In this document: piece after piece, positions 11,821-21,159 of the stretch
How the letters are laid out: every line of letters begins with the position of its first letter
Position numbering within the stretch: the first letter of the stretch is position 1
DNA from: an uncultured Lentisphaerales bacterium
GTDB lineage: Bacteria > Verrucomicrobiota > Kiritimatiellia > RFP12 > JAAYLN01
Length of the DNA stretch: 64,000 nt
Assembly: GCA_964599645.1 (NCBI GenBank)
Contig: CAZRGQ010000002.1
Location: 22,275 to 86,274 of the forward strand
Direction of reading: 5' to 3'
The notes under the pieces: model-generated
The model's database searches: none
The model's input: only the letters and a program-made list of their open reading frames with translations
Told to the model about the DNA's origin: nothing
Position numbers and translations under genes: made by a program

Positions 11821-12426
11821 TCACTCCGCTTCAACGGTGACGGCTGCGGCCGCAGCTTCCGGTTTGATCCCCAGGAGCTCCATGATATTGGTAGTGATAT
11901 TGAGCGACGGAGCCGCAAACATCACGCCTGAGGCGGCTCCCAGCTTCTCGCCGGGAAGCTGCAGGACGAGGTCGATCTGCTTGGCCTTGGCATAGGCGGC
12001 CACTGCCTCCTCAATCTCGGTGGTGGTACGGCGCAACATGCGCACCTCCTGCTCGGTAAGCTGCCGCTGCAAGGCACGGACCGTCTCGTCATACTCGCGT
12101 TCGGCCTCCAGCGCCGCCTCACGCCGCTCCAGCGCCTCATCCTCGGCCCGCTTCTTGGCCTTCTCGCTGAGGGCCGGATTGCGCACCTCCTCCACCGAGC
12201 TCTCAAAGGCTTTGCGTGCCTCTTTCAAGCGCAGAGCAAGCTGCTCTTTCTGCCCGGAGTAGTCGCGCAGGGTCTCTTCCAACAGCTTCTTGTCACCCTT
12301 GGTGTTGGGGTGCAACTGCACCAGCTCCTCGATATCGATCACGGCGATCGATGGTGTCTGAGCCCAGACTCCCGAGGCCAAGGCAATGGTGGTTGTCAGG
12401 GTGGTTAAAAGTAGTCTCTTCATCAC
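11821..12426 (-). CDS. skp: OmpH/Skp-family periplasmic chaperone
   Basis: The 201-aa product has a signal peptide (MMKRLLLTTLTTTIALASGVWAQ) followed by a long charged coiled-coil region. It sits immediately upstream of lpxD, as in the usual skp-lpxD arrangement. Confidence 0.75.
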   Translation of the reverse strand: MMKRLLLTTLTTTIALASGVWAQTPSIAVIDIEELVQLHPNTKGDKKLLEETLRDYSGQKEQLALRLKEARKAFESSVEEVRNPALSEKAKKRAEDEALERREAALEAEREYDETVRALQRQLTEQEVRMLRRTTTEIEEAVAAYAKAKQIDLVLQLPGEKLGAASGVMFAAPSLNITTNIMELLGIKPEAAAAAVTVEAE

Positions 12427-12536
12427 TATTCCTTAAAGGTGCCACTTAAGGTGGCATTCATTAAAGTATGACATGTTGGCAGCAACTTGGCAACAGACAA
12501 ACGACAAATCTCTTGCAAACGCCACTACGACTTATC

Positions 12537-14912
12537 TCACTTGATTTCAACTGTGAAAGTGAGGCGTGAGCGGTCGGGCTCAAGCTCGCTGTGGAAGGCG
12601 ATGCGCAGAGCCTCCGGCCCGGTCGCGATTGCATCGGGTGCCAGCGTTGCATAGCAGAAGGAGTAGAAGGGCTCATCGTAGTGGAAACTGCGCAGCGCCA
12701 GCCTGTGCCGACCAGCTCCCAGCAGAGTTGCCAGATTGATGGCCGGCGCAGTGTCGCCGGCATCAAGCCTCTGCGCTGGATCGGAAGTCGCCACAGCGCC
12801 GCGACGATCGATCCAGGTCACCTCCCGCATGGTGCCGTCGGGCATAATCTCCTCCAGCAGAATGGTGTTGTAGTAGAGGTCTACCAGCAGCGAATCCTCA
12901 TAGGTGGCCGCTGGCACCGGCGGCACCGAGACGGTCAGCCACGTCTCGCGCCACTGTGGTGGTGTCTCGCGCCAGCGCCGCTGTTGCTCGATCTCCGCCA
13001 GATAGGCCTCGCCCAAACGGTAGCGGCCGGCTGCCGGCCGACTGTAAGCGGCCAGCAACTGCGCCACGTCGGCCTCCTGGCCGGCAAAGAGCACTCCCGC
13101 CACCCCATAGCCGGACAGGGTTATCTCTTGTGGCAGCCCTGTCAGCGCCTCAGCCCTCTCGCCCAGCAGGTAGAGTTGCCTTCCGGCAAGCTGGAAGGGC
13201 CAGGCGATATGGCCCAGTTGCGCGCTTCCCGGCTCCGATGCAAAGTTGCTGACCACCAACAGCGCCAACCGCTCCTGCTCTGCCACCATCAGATAGTGCC
13301 CTGTCGCAGGCTCGGCAGGAAAGAGACCGGTTGTGTTGTAGTTGTGATAGACCCTCAAGTTGTGCTCCTGACGCACCACGCTCCAGATGCGCCACAAGGT
13401 TTGGAAGGCCTGATCGTTGATACCCGGCTCCGGCGGATGCACCAGACTGCTCGTCAGGAACTGCTCTCCCAGAGGCGAGTGGGGATATTGGCCCGTGGCT
13501 GCCAGAAAAGGCACCATCAGCGCCGATGTATACTCGGGAAAGGCTGCCACCCACATCGTTCCCGGCGTCACAGCCGCCATGCTGTAGTACTCATGCTCCT
13601 CCCGGCTCCGCACCAACGCCCCGCGTTCACCCTCCCCCGAGACGTAGCCATCGACAAAGGGCAGCCCCAAGGCCGAAAAGGAGGGGCCGGTATGGGAATA
13701 GAGCAGCCCCTCCGGTCCCACCCGGCGACGCAGCTCGCGCCAGCGCAGGTAGTGCCGGCGGAAGAGCAGTCTGCCACCGTTATAACTCTCATCAGGCGGG
13801 GCAATCTCATGCAGTGGACCGCCATAATCGACATAGAGGCCATCGTAATTCCGCTCCAGCAGCCTGTCAAACCAGGCACCCCCTCGTGCCATGATCGACT
13901 CCTCATTGCCCCGCACGTAGAGCGCCAGCCTGATCTGCCGCCGCCGCAACTCGCGCTTCAGCGCCGTCAGCGCCGCCAGGTCGTACGGTATGCCGTCGTT
14001 CTGCGCATCGATGCGCCAGTTCTCATGCATGATCAGGAGGTCACAACCAGCCGCTGCCAGCGCCTCGATCTGCTCCGGCTCGGGATAGCGCCGATAGTTG
14101 TCAAAGTATTGATAGATCTGCAGTGGCGGCTTGTGGCGCACCGCCGCCGCCGGACGGATCACCCAGCCCCACTGATTGCGCCACTGATAGAGGTAGGGAC
14201 GCTTGAAAGCGCGCTTCTGAATCACCCAGCGCAACAGCGGTGCCCCCTCATGCCAGGTGATGCTGGAGGCGTTGTCGGCAGGATCGTTGGAGAGCGTATT
14301 GTTGCCCTCCATAAAAAACTCGGCATAGAGCGAGGGTCCCTCCCGGCGGCGCAGATAGAAGCCGGCCATGGGAAAGAGCCCCGTTGCAAAAGAGCGCTCC
14401 GTCCCCGGCGGCAGGAAGCGCTCGCTGGGCGCCATGATCATGGCGCCATCGGCCTGCTGCGGACGTCCCAACAGCCCCCAGCGCAGGCTGTCAAACGAGG
14501 AGCAATCGAGCTGTATTCCAAGTACCATCTGCTTGATGGCAGGGGCGTTGTGGCCCTCCGCTGCGAAGAAGGCGGTGGTAAAGGCTGTGCCATCGGCAAA
14601 GAACTCATGCTGCAGCGTCAACAGCAGCTCCGGTACCATCGTGCCATCGGCGCGCTGCCACGCCAGACGGTTAAACTCCACCCTGGTGGCACCATCCTGC
14701 CTGAAGCGCCGGACCGTATCCGGCAGCGCCAGCGGCTGCAGGCTGCTTCCATCCTCAAGCGTCAGTGTCAGCCGCATGGCACCGGGCGGCAGTAGTGGTG
14801 TGACACGCCCATCTGCCTCGAAGATGGTGACACTATCGGGCAAGCCACTCGGTGTCTTGGCAAAATTGACGGCCAAAGGGCCGCTACGAACTGTAAGGGG
14901 CAGACTGGTCAC
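12537..14912 (-). CDS. Large hypothetical protein (791 aa), possibly a TIM-barrel glycoside-hydrolase-like enzyme
   Basis: This is a long uninterrupted ORF. Segments such as CDLLIMHENWRIDAQNDG…LALYVRGNEES…YDGLYVDYGG weakly suggest a glycosidase-like barrel. It has no signal peptide. The function is not established. Confidence 0.5.
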   Translation of the reverse strand: MTSLPLTVRSGPLAVNFAKTPSGLPDSVTIFEADGRVTPLLPPGAMRLTLTLEDGSSLQPLALPDTVRRFRQDGATRVEFNRLAWQRADGTMVPELLLTLQHEFFADGTAFTTAFFAAEGHNAPAIKQMVLGIQLDCSSFDSLRWGLLGRPQQADGAMIMAPSERFLPPGTERSFATGLFPMAGFYLRRREGPSLYAEFFMEGNNTLSNDPADNASSITWHEGAPLLRWVIQKRAFKRPYLYQWRNQWGWVIRPAAAVRHKPPLQIYQYFDNYRRYPEPEQIEALAAAGCDLLIMHENWRIDAQNDGIPYDLAALTALKRELRRRQIRLALYVRGNEESIMARGGAWFDRLLERNYDGLYVDYGGPLHEIAPPDESYNGGRLLFRRHYLRWRELRRRVGPEGLLYSHTGPSFSALGLPFVDGYVSGEGERGALVRSREEHEYYSMAAVTPGTMWVAAFPEYTSALMVPFLAATGQYPHSPLGEQFLTSSLVHPPEPGINDQAFQTLWRIWSVVRQEHNLRVYHNYNTTGLFPAEPATGHYLMVAEQERLALLVVSNFASEPGSAQLGHIAWPFQLAGRQLYLLGERAEALTGLPQEITLSGYGVAGVLFAGQEADVAQLLAAYSRPAAGRYRLGEAYLAEIEQQRRWRETPPQWRETWLTVSVPPVPAATYEDSLLVDLYYNTILLEEIMPDGTMREVTWIDRRGAVATSDPAQRLDAGDTAPAINLATLLGAGRHRLALRSFHYDEPFYSFCYATLAPDAIATGPEALRIAFHSELEPDRSRLTFTVEIK

Positions 14913-15014
14913 TTCTTAATCCCGGGGTTATAAAAGGTCGAACGTCACAGGCAGTGTTGTTATACTCCCTGTCGCGCCATATGTCAAATAGCCGTGCTAA
15001 ACCCCATTTTAAGG

Positions 15015-15059
15015 GAGTGCATATGAAGTGGCAACCGCAAAATCTTTCACAGTTTCGGG
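15015..15059. repeat. Copy of a dispersed intergenic motif (GAGTGCAT..GTGGCAAC.GCAAAATCTTTCACAGTTTCGGG)
   Basis: It is related to 61008..61045, 18060..18084, 35701..35726 (reverse orientation) and 17966..17977. Confidence 0.45.
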
Positions 15060-15138
15060 CTAAAAAGTCCCCTTGCGCGGAGGCGCGCCAGTTGCTAAAC
15101 TCGAAACTGTAACGCCACCCAATAACCCGCACTATCTT

Positions 15139-16422
15139 ATGAAACCAGACTTCACACGCCATATTACTACTGTCCTCGGCCCGGGGCTCGCCCTGTTGCT
15201 CCTGCTGCCACAGCCGTTGCAGGCCCGCATCAAACTCGTCACCCTGCCGCCGCGCGAACGCGTCGAGGTGCAGCTCGACCATGAGGAGGTGACCCTCGTC
15301 GAAGAGGAGCGTATTGTGCCCCTCACAGGCACCGCTACAGCCGATGCCCCCAATGAGATCGACTTCTCCTGGGCCAACACTTCGATCAACCCCGAGACGA
15401 TCATCCTGCGCCTGCTCGGTCCGGCCCCCGGTAGTGCCAACCGGGGTCTGGAGGCCAAGCTCCTCTCCGTCAGCTATCCTCCAAACGAAGAGGCGCTCGT
15501 CTGGCAGGTCTCAGCCAACCAGAGTGGTGCGGTTCGCGTCAGGATCAGCTATCTGCTCGGCAACCTCACCAAGAGCTTCAACTACCGTGCGGTTGCGGCC
15601 CACGATGAGTCGACCCTCACCCTGAGCCACTACGTCCGCCTCCAGAACTTTGCCAACGAAGAGTACTTCGCCAGCGATACCCCGGGTCAGGGAGCCAATA
15701 TCCAGGCCGGCTGGGGCCGCCACTTCACCCGTCCTGTCGGCCTCAATGAGACCAAGGAGATGCTGATGGCCAAATATGAGGCCGTTCCGCTCCGCAAGAC
15801 CTATACCTGCGACCCTGCCAACCACGGCTACCTCGACCGTGACCAGGACAAACTCCGTGTGCCGATGCACTACGTCATCAAAAACGATCGAGCCTCCCAC
15901 CTCGGCAGCGCCCCGCTGCCCTACGGCAAGGTGCGCATCTTTATCCGGCCCGCTCCTGAGGCGGCCGATCCCAGCGCCACCACCTTCCTCGGTGAAGATT
16001 GGGGTCGCTTCACCCCCATCGACGATGAGATGCTCCTCTATCTCGGCATGGCGCAGGATGTCGTTGTCAAACGCACTATCGCCACCAACATCCGGCAACG
16101 TGTCGCCGGCAACCTCCACCACCACACGGTCGTCCTCAAATATGAGATCGAAAACTTCAAAGATCAGCCGGTGATACTCGATATCAGAGAGAGCCTGCCC
16201 CACCTGCGCCGTGAACTCCCCAACCTCGGCGACACCGGACGTGATGTCGAGTGGGAGCTGCTCCCCGCCACCGATATCGACGGCGGACTCGACCGCGACA
16301 AGAGCAGCTCCACAGAGCTCCTCTTCCACCAGCCGCTCCCGCCACGCCAGGCCGATGACAAAGCCGACAAGGTGATCAGGCATCTCCACCTGCGCCTGCG
16401 CAACGAGTGGTCCGGCAGTTGA
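15139..16422 (+). CDS. Secreted DUF4139/DUF4140-like protein (mucoidy-inhibitor MuiA-like family), paralog 1
   Basis: The product starts at MKPDFTRHITTVLGPGLALLLLLPQPLQA, which looks like a signal peptide. It has the …IDFSWANTSINPETIILRL… and …ISYLL… patterns shared with the downstream paralog. Confidence 0.55.
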   Translation: MKPDFTRHITTVLGPGLALLLLLPQPLQARIKLVTLPPRERVEVQLDHEEVTLVEEERIVPLTGTATADAPNEIDFSWANTSINPETIILRLLGPAPGSANRGLEAKLLSVSYPPNEEALVWQVSANQSGAVRVRISYLLGNLTKSFNYRAVAAHDESTLTLSHYVRLQNFANEEYFASDTPGQGANIQAGWGRHFTRPVGLNETKEMLMAKYEAVPLRKTYTCDPANHGYLDRDQDKLRVPMHYVIKNDRASHLGSAPLPYGKVRIFIRPAPEAADPSATTFLGEDWGRFTPIDDEMLLYLGMAQDVVVKRTIATNIRQRVAGNLHHHTVVLKYEIENFKDQPVILDIRESLPHLRRELPNLGDTGRDVEWELLPATDIDGGLDRDKSSSTELLFHQPLPPRQADDKADKVIRHLHLRLRNEWSGS

Positions 16423-16472
16423 GTTGTAACCGCCAAACCTCTTTTCAACCGATCTCTCTACGGAGCGCCCAA

Positions 16473-17900
16473 ATGAACCCCTGCAAAACCGCCGCCACAC
16501 TCCTCCTGCTCGCCCTGGCCACGACAGCCACGCCACGCAACGTCGATCTCGCCACCGTCCCGCGGCGTGATACCGTCCAGCTTACGATCTACAACAGTGA
16601 AGACCTGACCCTCGTCCGCGAGACGCGCCTGATCACCTTCAAACAGGGGATCAACACCCTGCAGTTCTCCTGGGCCAACACCCTCATCGACCCCTCCTCT
16701 GTCGAGCTCCGCTTCATCACCAGCCCCGACAAACTGGAGCTCCTCGACACCACCTTCCCGCACGATAAGCCGCAACAGCTCTCCTGGAATGTCAGCAGTG
16801 ATTTCGACGGCGCTGCCACCGTCGAAATCTCCTACTTCACCAGCGGCATCAGTTGGAGCGCCGACTACCTCCTCACCAGCAATGAGGCCGAGACCCACCT
16901 CGCGCTCGAAGGCTACGTCCGCATCAGCAACCGGAGTGGCGAAGAGTATGAGAACGCCTCGATCCGCCTCGTCGTCGGCACCATCAACCTCGTCGAAAAG
17001 ATTGCCGCGCTGGCCCGCCTCCCGGTCGAGCGCCTCGCCGAACTCCCGCAGAGCGATGTGAGCTACATGCGCCGCAGTGTGGCGCGCCAGGAGATGGCTG
17101 TTGGCGGCATAGGTCACGACATGGTCTTCTCCGCCCCAGCGGCCGCCCCCAAAGAGATAGTCAAAGAGGGGCTCTCCGAATACTTCATCTTTACCATCCC
17201 CGGCCACGAGACGATCCCCAACGGCTGGTCAAAACGCCTGCGCGCCATCGAAGCGGCCGCCGCCCCCTTTAAAATTCAATACCGCTACCGCCCCCGCCAA
17301 TATGGCGATCGCCTGGTACGAATATATCTCCTCAGCAACGATGAAGCCTCCGGCCTCGGTGCCTCTCCCCTCCCCGATGGTGCGGTGCATGTGGTACGCC
17401 ACAACGGCGGTGACGGACTCTCCTGGCTCGCCACCCAGACCACCAAATATATTCCGATCGGCGACAAGTTCGAGATCAACCTCGGCCCCGATCCCGAGGT
17501 CATCTTCGAACTGATCAAGCTCAAGAGCTTCCGCGACACCATCTGGCTGCACCTCGGCGGTCTCAACGTCTATCGCCAGTTGGACGGTCAAACTGAGTTC
17601 GAGGTCAACAGCAGCGTGGCCGGCTGGGCCGAGCACGAGATCTACACCCAACGCATCCGCAACTATAGCCGCAAAGAGGTGGAGGTTGAAGTCCGCCGTG
17701 CCTTCCCCGGCCACATCACCCTCCGCAGCCGCCTCCCCGAACTCAAGCTGATCGACTTCCAGACACCCCAATTCACCACCAGCGTCGCCCCCGCCTCCCG
17801 TGCCGATCACCTCTTCGAAATCGTCCGTCAACAAGGCCGCAACGCCACCCAGAACAGCGTTACCCTCGAAGAGGCGACTATCCCGTTACCTGAATTTTGA
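16473..17900 (+). CDS. Secreted DUF4139/DUF4140-like protein, paralog 2
   Basis: The product starts at MNPCKTAATLLLLALATTATP (signal peptide). It contains …LQFSWANTLIDPSSVELRF…ISYFTSGISWSADYLLTS…, and is clearly paralogous to 15139..16422. Confidence 0.55.
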   Translation: MNPCKTAATLLLLALATTATPRNVDLATVPRRDTVQLTIYNSEDLTLVRETRLITFKQGINTLQFSWANTLIDPSSVELRFITSPDKLELLDTTFPHDKPQQLSWNVSSDFDGAATVEISYFTSGISWSADYLLTSNEAETHLALEGYVRISNRSGEEYENASIRLVVGTINLVEKIAALARLPVERLAELPQSDVSYMRRSVARQEMAVGGIGHDMVFSAPAAAPKEIVKEGLSEYFIFTIPGHETIPNGWSKRLRAIEAAAAPFKIQYRYRPRQYGDRLVRIYLLSNDEASGLGASPLPDGAVHVVRHNGGDGLSWLATQTTKYIPIGDKFEINLGPDPEVIFELIKLKSFRDTIWLHLGGLNVYRQLDGQTEFEVNSSVAGWAEHEIYTQRIRNYSRKEVEVEVRRAFPGHITLRSRLPELKLIDFQTPQFTTSVAPASRADHLFEIVRQQGRNATQNSVTLEEATIPLPEF

Positions 17901-18059
17901 AGCGGTGTTATGGCATCAGCAAGGTAGGGTGCCCTGAGCTTGTCGAAGGGCCGAGCGCGCCGCAGGTGGCAAAAGCGGTGTGGATTTCTCACGAACGGAG
18001 TGGCGCGGTAACCACGGATAGATTGTAATTTGTGAGCTGTGAGTTGTAACCCGGCGTAA

Positions 18060-18084
18060 CAGCAAAAATCTCTCGCAGTTTTGG
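18060..18084. repeat. Copy of the intergenic motif CAGCAAAAATCTCTCGCAGTTTTGG
   Basis: It lies about 40 nt upstream of the hlyIII ATG. It is identical over 20 nt with the motif at 61025..61044. Confidence 0.45.
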
Positions 18085-18121
18085 ATTGCATCGCTGCCAC
18101 TTATATTCTAGGCTGCACTGC

Positions 18122-18823
18122 ATGAAGCAGCAAAGCGAAGAACAGGTTCATGCGAGCGGTGAAGCACGCGAACAGAGCGTCGGCGAAGAGATCGCCAATG
18201 CCGTAACCCACGGTGTCGGCTTGCTTTTGAGCGTGGCCTGTCTCGCCATTGGCGTAGTCTTTGCGGCGTTGCAGCGTTCACCGATGCTGATCACCAGTGT
18301 GGCGATCTATGGCGCGACACTCTGCCTCCTCTATCTCTCCTCGACTCTCTACCACAGCCTGCCGCCGGGCCGCGCCAAGCGCATCTGGAACATCTTCGAC
18401 CACTCCTCGATCTACCTCCTGATCGCCGGCACCTATACTCCCATCACGTTGGCCCTGACCGCGCAAGCCGAGAGCAGAGGCTGGGGCTGGAGTCTCTTTG
18501 GCGTTATCTGGGGTCTGGCGGCGGTGGGCATCACTTTTCAAACCCTCTTTATCCACCGTTTCCGGCTCTTGTCGACCCTCACCTACCTCGTTATGGGCTG
18601 GCTGGTGATCGTGGCCATCAAGCCGATGTGGCGCTTCCTCGGCCCGCATGCCATGCTCTGGATCGGCATGGGCGGCTTGAGCTACTCATTCGGCGTGATC
18701 TTCTACGCCTGGAAACGGCCACGCTTCGGCCATGCCATCTGGCATCTCTTCGTATTGGCCGGCAGCATGCTCCACTTTCTCGGCATCCTCTTCCATGTGG
18801 TGCTGGGCGGGAAGGCAGGATAA
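18122..18823 (+). CDS. Hemolysin III / PAQR-family channel protein
   Basis: The product has the motifs HGVG, SSTLYHSL, DHSSIYLLIAGTYTP and a C-terminal HLFVLAGS…H, with 7 predicted TM segments. Confidence 0.8.
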   Translation: MKQQSEEQVHASGEAREQSVGEEIANAVTHGVGLLLSVACLAIGVVFAALQRSPMLITSVAIYGATLCLLYLSSTLYHSLPPGRAKRIWNIFDHSSIYLLIAGTYTPITLALTAQAESRGWGWSLFGVIWGLAAVGITFQTLFIHRFRLLSTLTYLVMGWLVIVAIKPMWRFLGPHAMLWIGMGGLSYSFGVIFYAWKRPRFGHAIWHLFVLAGSMLHFLGILFHVVLGGKAG

Positions 18824-18899
18824 AGAGCGCCTGCAGCGCGTAAGCCGTAAGCGGCGCTTTACTTACTTCTTACTGCTCACCGATTACTTGCATAGCCCC

Positions 18900-19826
18900 C
18901 TAGCCCTGCCGGACAGCCGGGTCGAGCAGGTCGCGCAAGCGGTCGGCCAGAAGATTGAAGACCAGGACGAGGCCGAAGATCGCCAGCGTGACGAAGCTGA
19001 ACTCCCACCAGATGCCTTGCCAGAGGCGCAAACGGGCGTTATCGAGCATCACGCCCCACGACGGCTGCCCCTGCACTCCGATACCGAGGAAGCTGACGAA
19101 GACCTCTGTCGAGACGGCGGCCGGAAAGCGGATTGAAAAGGAGACCAGCACGATGTGCATTACGTTGGGCAGAATGTGGCACCACAGAATCCGGCCATGA
19201 CTATGGCCAATGACCCTTGCCGCCTCGACGTAGGGGCGGTCGCGGTGGCGGATTACCTCGGCGCGGATATTGCGGCAGACCCCGACCCAGGTGGTCAGCC
19301 CGATGCCCCAGGTGACCCCGGCCAACCCTTTACCGCAGACGAGCGAGATGGCGAGGATCAGCAGCAGGGCCGGAATCGCCGAGACCGTGGCTGTCAGCCA
19401 GACCACCACGCTATCGATGTAGCCCCCGAAGTAGCCGCCGAGCGCACCGAGCACCACGCCGAGGGGCAGGGCAATCAGCGAGGTAAAGACGCCCACGCGA
19501 AAGGCGATCCGTGTCCCTTGCAGCAGACGCTGCCCCACATCGCGCCCTAGGTTGTCGCTGCCCAGCAGATAGGCCAGCGGAGGCGGCGCAGCCACATCAG
19601 AGGACGTTGCCTTGCGCCGCTGCAGCAGGCGGATCAGGGCCGGCGGCTGATAGCGCCACTCTTCGTGCACCGCGTTATAGGCAGGGGTTGTGCCCCGCTG
19701 CTGTGCAATCTGAAAGGTCACCTCACCATAGAGCGCGGCCAGGGTGTAGAGGGCCAGCAGTATCAGCGCGAGGCGTGTGACAGGTTGTTGCCAGAGGCGT
19801 GTCAGGATGTTTCTTGAGGGGTGCAT
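18900..19826 (-). CDS. ABC transporter permease (DppC/OppC family)
   Basis: The product has an EAA-like region (…YVEAARVIGHSHGRILWCHILPN…) and typical OppC topology. Confidence 0.8.
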   Translation of the reverse strand: MHPSRNILTRLWQQPVTRLALILLALYTLAALYGEVTFQIAQQRGTTPAYNAVHEEWRYQPPALIRLLQRRKATSSDVAAPPPLAYLLGSDNLGRDVGQRLLQGTRIAFRVGVFTSLIALPLGVVLGALGGYFGGYIDSVVVWLTATVSAIPALLLILAISLVCGKGLAGVTWGIGLTTWVGVCRNIRAEVIRHRDRPYVEAARVIGHSHGRILWCHILPNVMHIVLVSFSIRFPAAVSTEVFVSFLGIGVQGQPSWGVMLDNARLRLWQGIWWEFSFVTLAIFGLVLVFNLLADRLRDLLDPAVRQG

Positions 19827-19831
19827 GCCGC

Positions 19832-21148
19832 TTAACCGAGACGCACGCGTGGATCGAGCCAGGCATAGCAGAGATCGGCGATCAGGTTGACAAACTGGTA
19901 GAGGAGCGCCCCGAGGATCACAATGGCGCGCACGGTGGCCATATCGGCCGAGTTGATGGCATTGAGGCTCACGCCTCCCAGACCGGGGATGCCGAAGAAG
20001 CTCTCGAGCAGCAGCGAGCCGGCAAAGAGGAAGGGGATGGAGAGACTCAGGTAGGTGACGATCGGAATCAGGCTGTTGCGCAGCACGTGGCGTCGCAGCA
20101 CCGCCGGGTACGACAACCCCTTGGCGAGGGCAGTCCGCACATAGGGACGATGCAGCTCATCGAGTATCACCGTGCGGTAGAAGCGGATGTCGCGCCCCAG
20201 GCCGCTGCAGATGCCGATCAGCACCGGCAGGAGCAGATAACCCCAATGTTCAAAGCCCCAGATCGGGAAGAGACGCCACTTGTAGGCCAGCAGGTATTGG
20301 CCAGCCAATACCCAGACGACGTAGTTGACGCTCATCAGGAGCGTGGAGAGCGCCAGGATCGAGTGATCCGGTGTGCGCTGCCGCGTGGCGGCGGCGACAA
20401 AGGCGAGCATCAGCGCCAACAGCGTGCCGCCGATGAGAATCGGCACGGTGAGCGCCAGCGAGGGTCCCACCCCCTGCCGCAACACTTCAGCCACCCGCAT
20501 GCCGTAAGCTGTCGATTCGCCGAGATCACCACGCGCCAGATCGTAGAGATAGCCGACAAGTTGTGAATCAAAAAGAGAGGCGCTGCGCTGTAACAGCGTC
20601 AGACTGCCTGCGTCGCTCCCGACAGCCGGTAGCGCCAATGCCACCGCCACTCTCTCGGGGGGCACCTCCCATTCGGCGACCCACCCTCGCCGCCAGCGGC
20701 GCGGCTTGAGTGGCACGCTGAGAGTTGCAGGGGCGGAGTTGTCGGGCGCTTGCAGGGTGATGGTGAGCTCTTCGCTGCCATTGCCATCCGGCTCCGGGCC
20801 ATGCGTGGCTGCTGGCGTTGTTGTCCGGAGCGGGAGGCTCTCACGGCCGCTGACCACAACACGCCACTTGCCGGCGGCAAGGGGAAAGGCCGGCTGCAAC
20901 CGGCCGGAGGCCGGCAGCGGCGTGGCGGCAGACCAGGCGCGGCTGACGGACCAATAGCCGCAGAGCAGCGGTTTGTTGTAGCCATAACGGGCATCAAAGG
21001 CTGCGAGCGAGGCGGCATTGGCGTGTTGCCCCAATGCCACCTCGGCTGGCGAGCCTCCCACGACGTGGAAGAGGAGGAAGGTGAGCAGCAAAACTCCCGC
21101 TGTGGTCGGCAGAAGCTCAAGCAGCCGTCTGGCCAGATAGCGCCACAT
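19832..21148 (-). CDS. ABC transporter permease (DppB/OppB family) with a periplasmic insertion of about 190 aa
   Basis: The N-terminus (LLTFLLFHVVGGSPAEVALG) and C-terminus (…YVRTALAKGLSYPAVLRRHVLRNSLIPIVT…) are OppB-like. A long non-membrane insert separates them. Confidence 0.75.
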   Translation of the reverse strand: MWRYLARRLLELLPTTAGVLLLTFLLFHVVGGSPAEVALGQHANAASLAAFDARYGYNKPLLCGYWSVSRAWSAATPLPASGRLQPAFPLAAGKWRVVVSGRESLPLRTTTPAATHGPEPDGNGSEELTITLQAPDNSAPATLSVPLKPRRWRRGWVAEWEVPPERVAVALALPAVGSDAGSLTLLQRSASLFDSQLVGYLYDLARGDLGESTAYGMRVAEVLRQGVGPSLALTVPILIGGTLLALMLAFVAAATRQRTPDHSILALSTLLMSVNYVVWVLAGQYLLAYKWRLFPIWGFEHWGYLLLPVLIGICSGLGRDIRFYRTVILDELHRPYVRTALAKGLSYPAVLRRHVLRNSLIPIVTYLSLSIPFLFAGSLLLESFFGIPGLGGVSLNAINSADMATVRAIVILGALLYQFVNLIADLCYAWLDPRVRLG

Positions 21149-21159
21149 GGGCGGCAGCG

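Noticed and set aside
12591-14795. 734-aa ORF on the plus strand
   Set aside because: It lies entirely antisense to the 791-aa minus-strand gene. It is Arg/Gly/Pro-rich and low-complexity. It is a typical high-GC antisense artefact.
15015-15059. Interpreting the dispersed motif as a Bacteroidetes-type general promoter (TAnnTTTG)
   Set aside because: A canonical TTGACG-N17-TATTAT promoter precedes the tuf operon, so the organism uses standard sigma-70 elements. The motif is too rare (4-5 copies in 64 kb) to be the general promoter.
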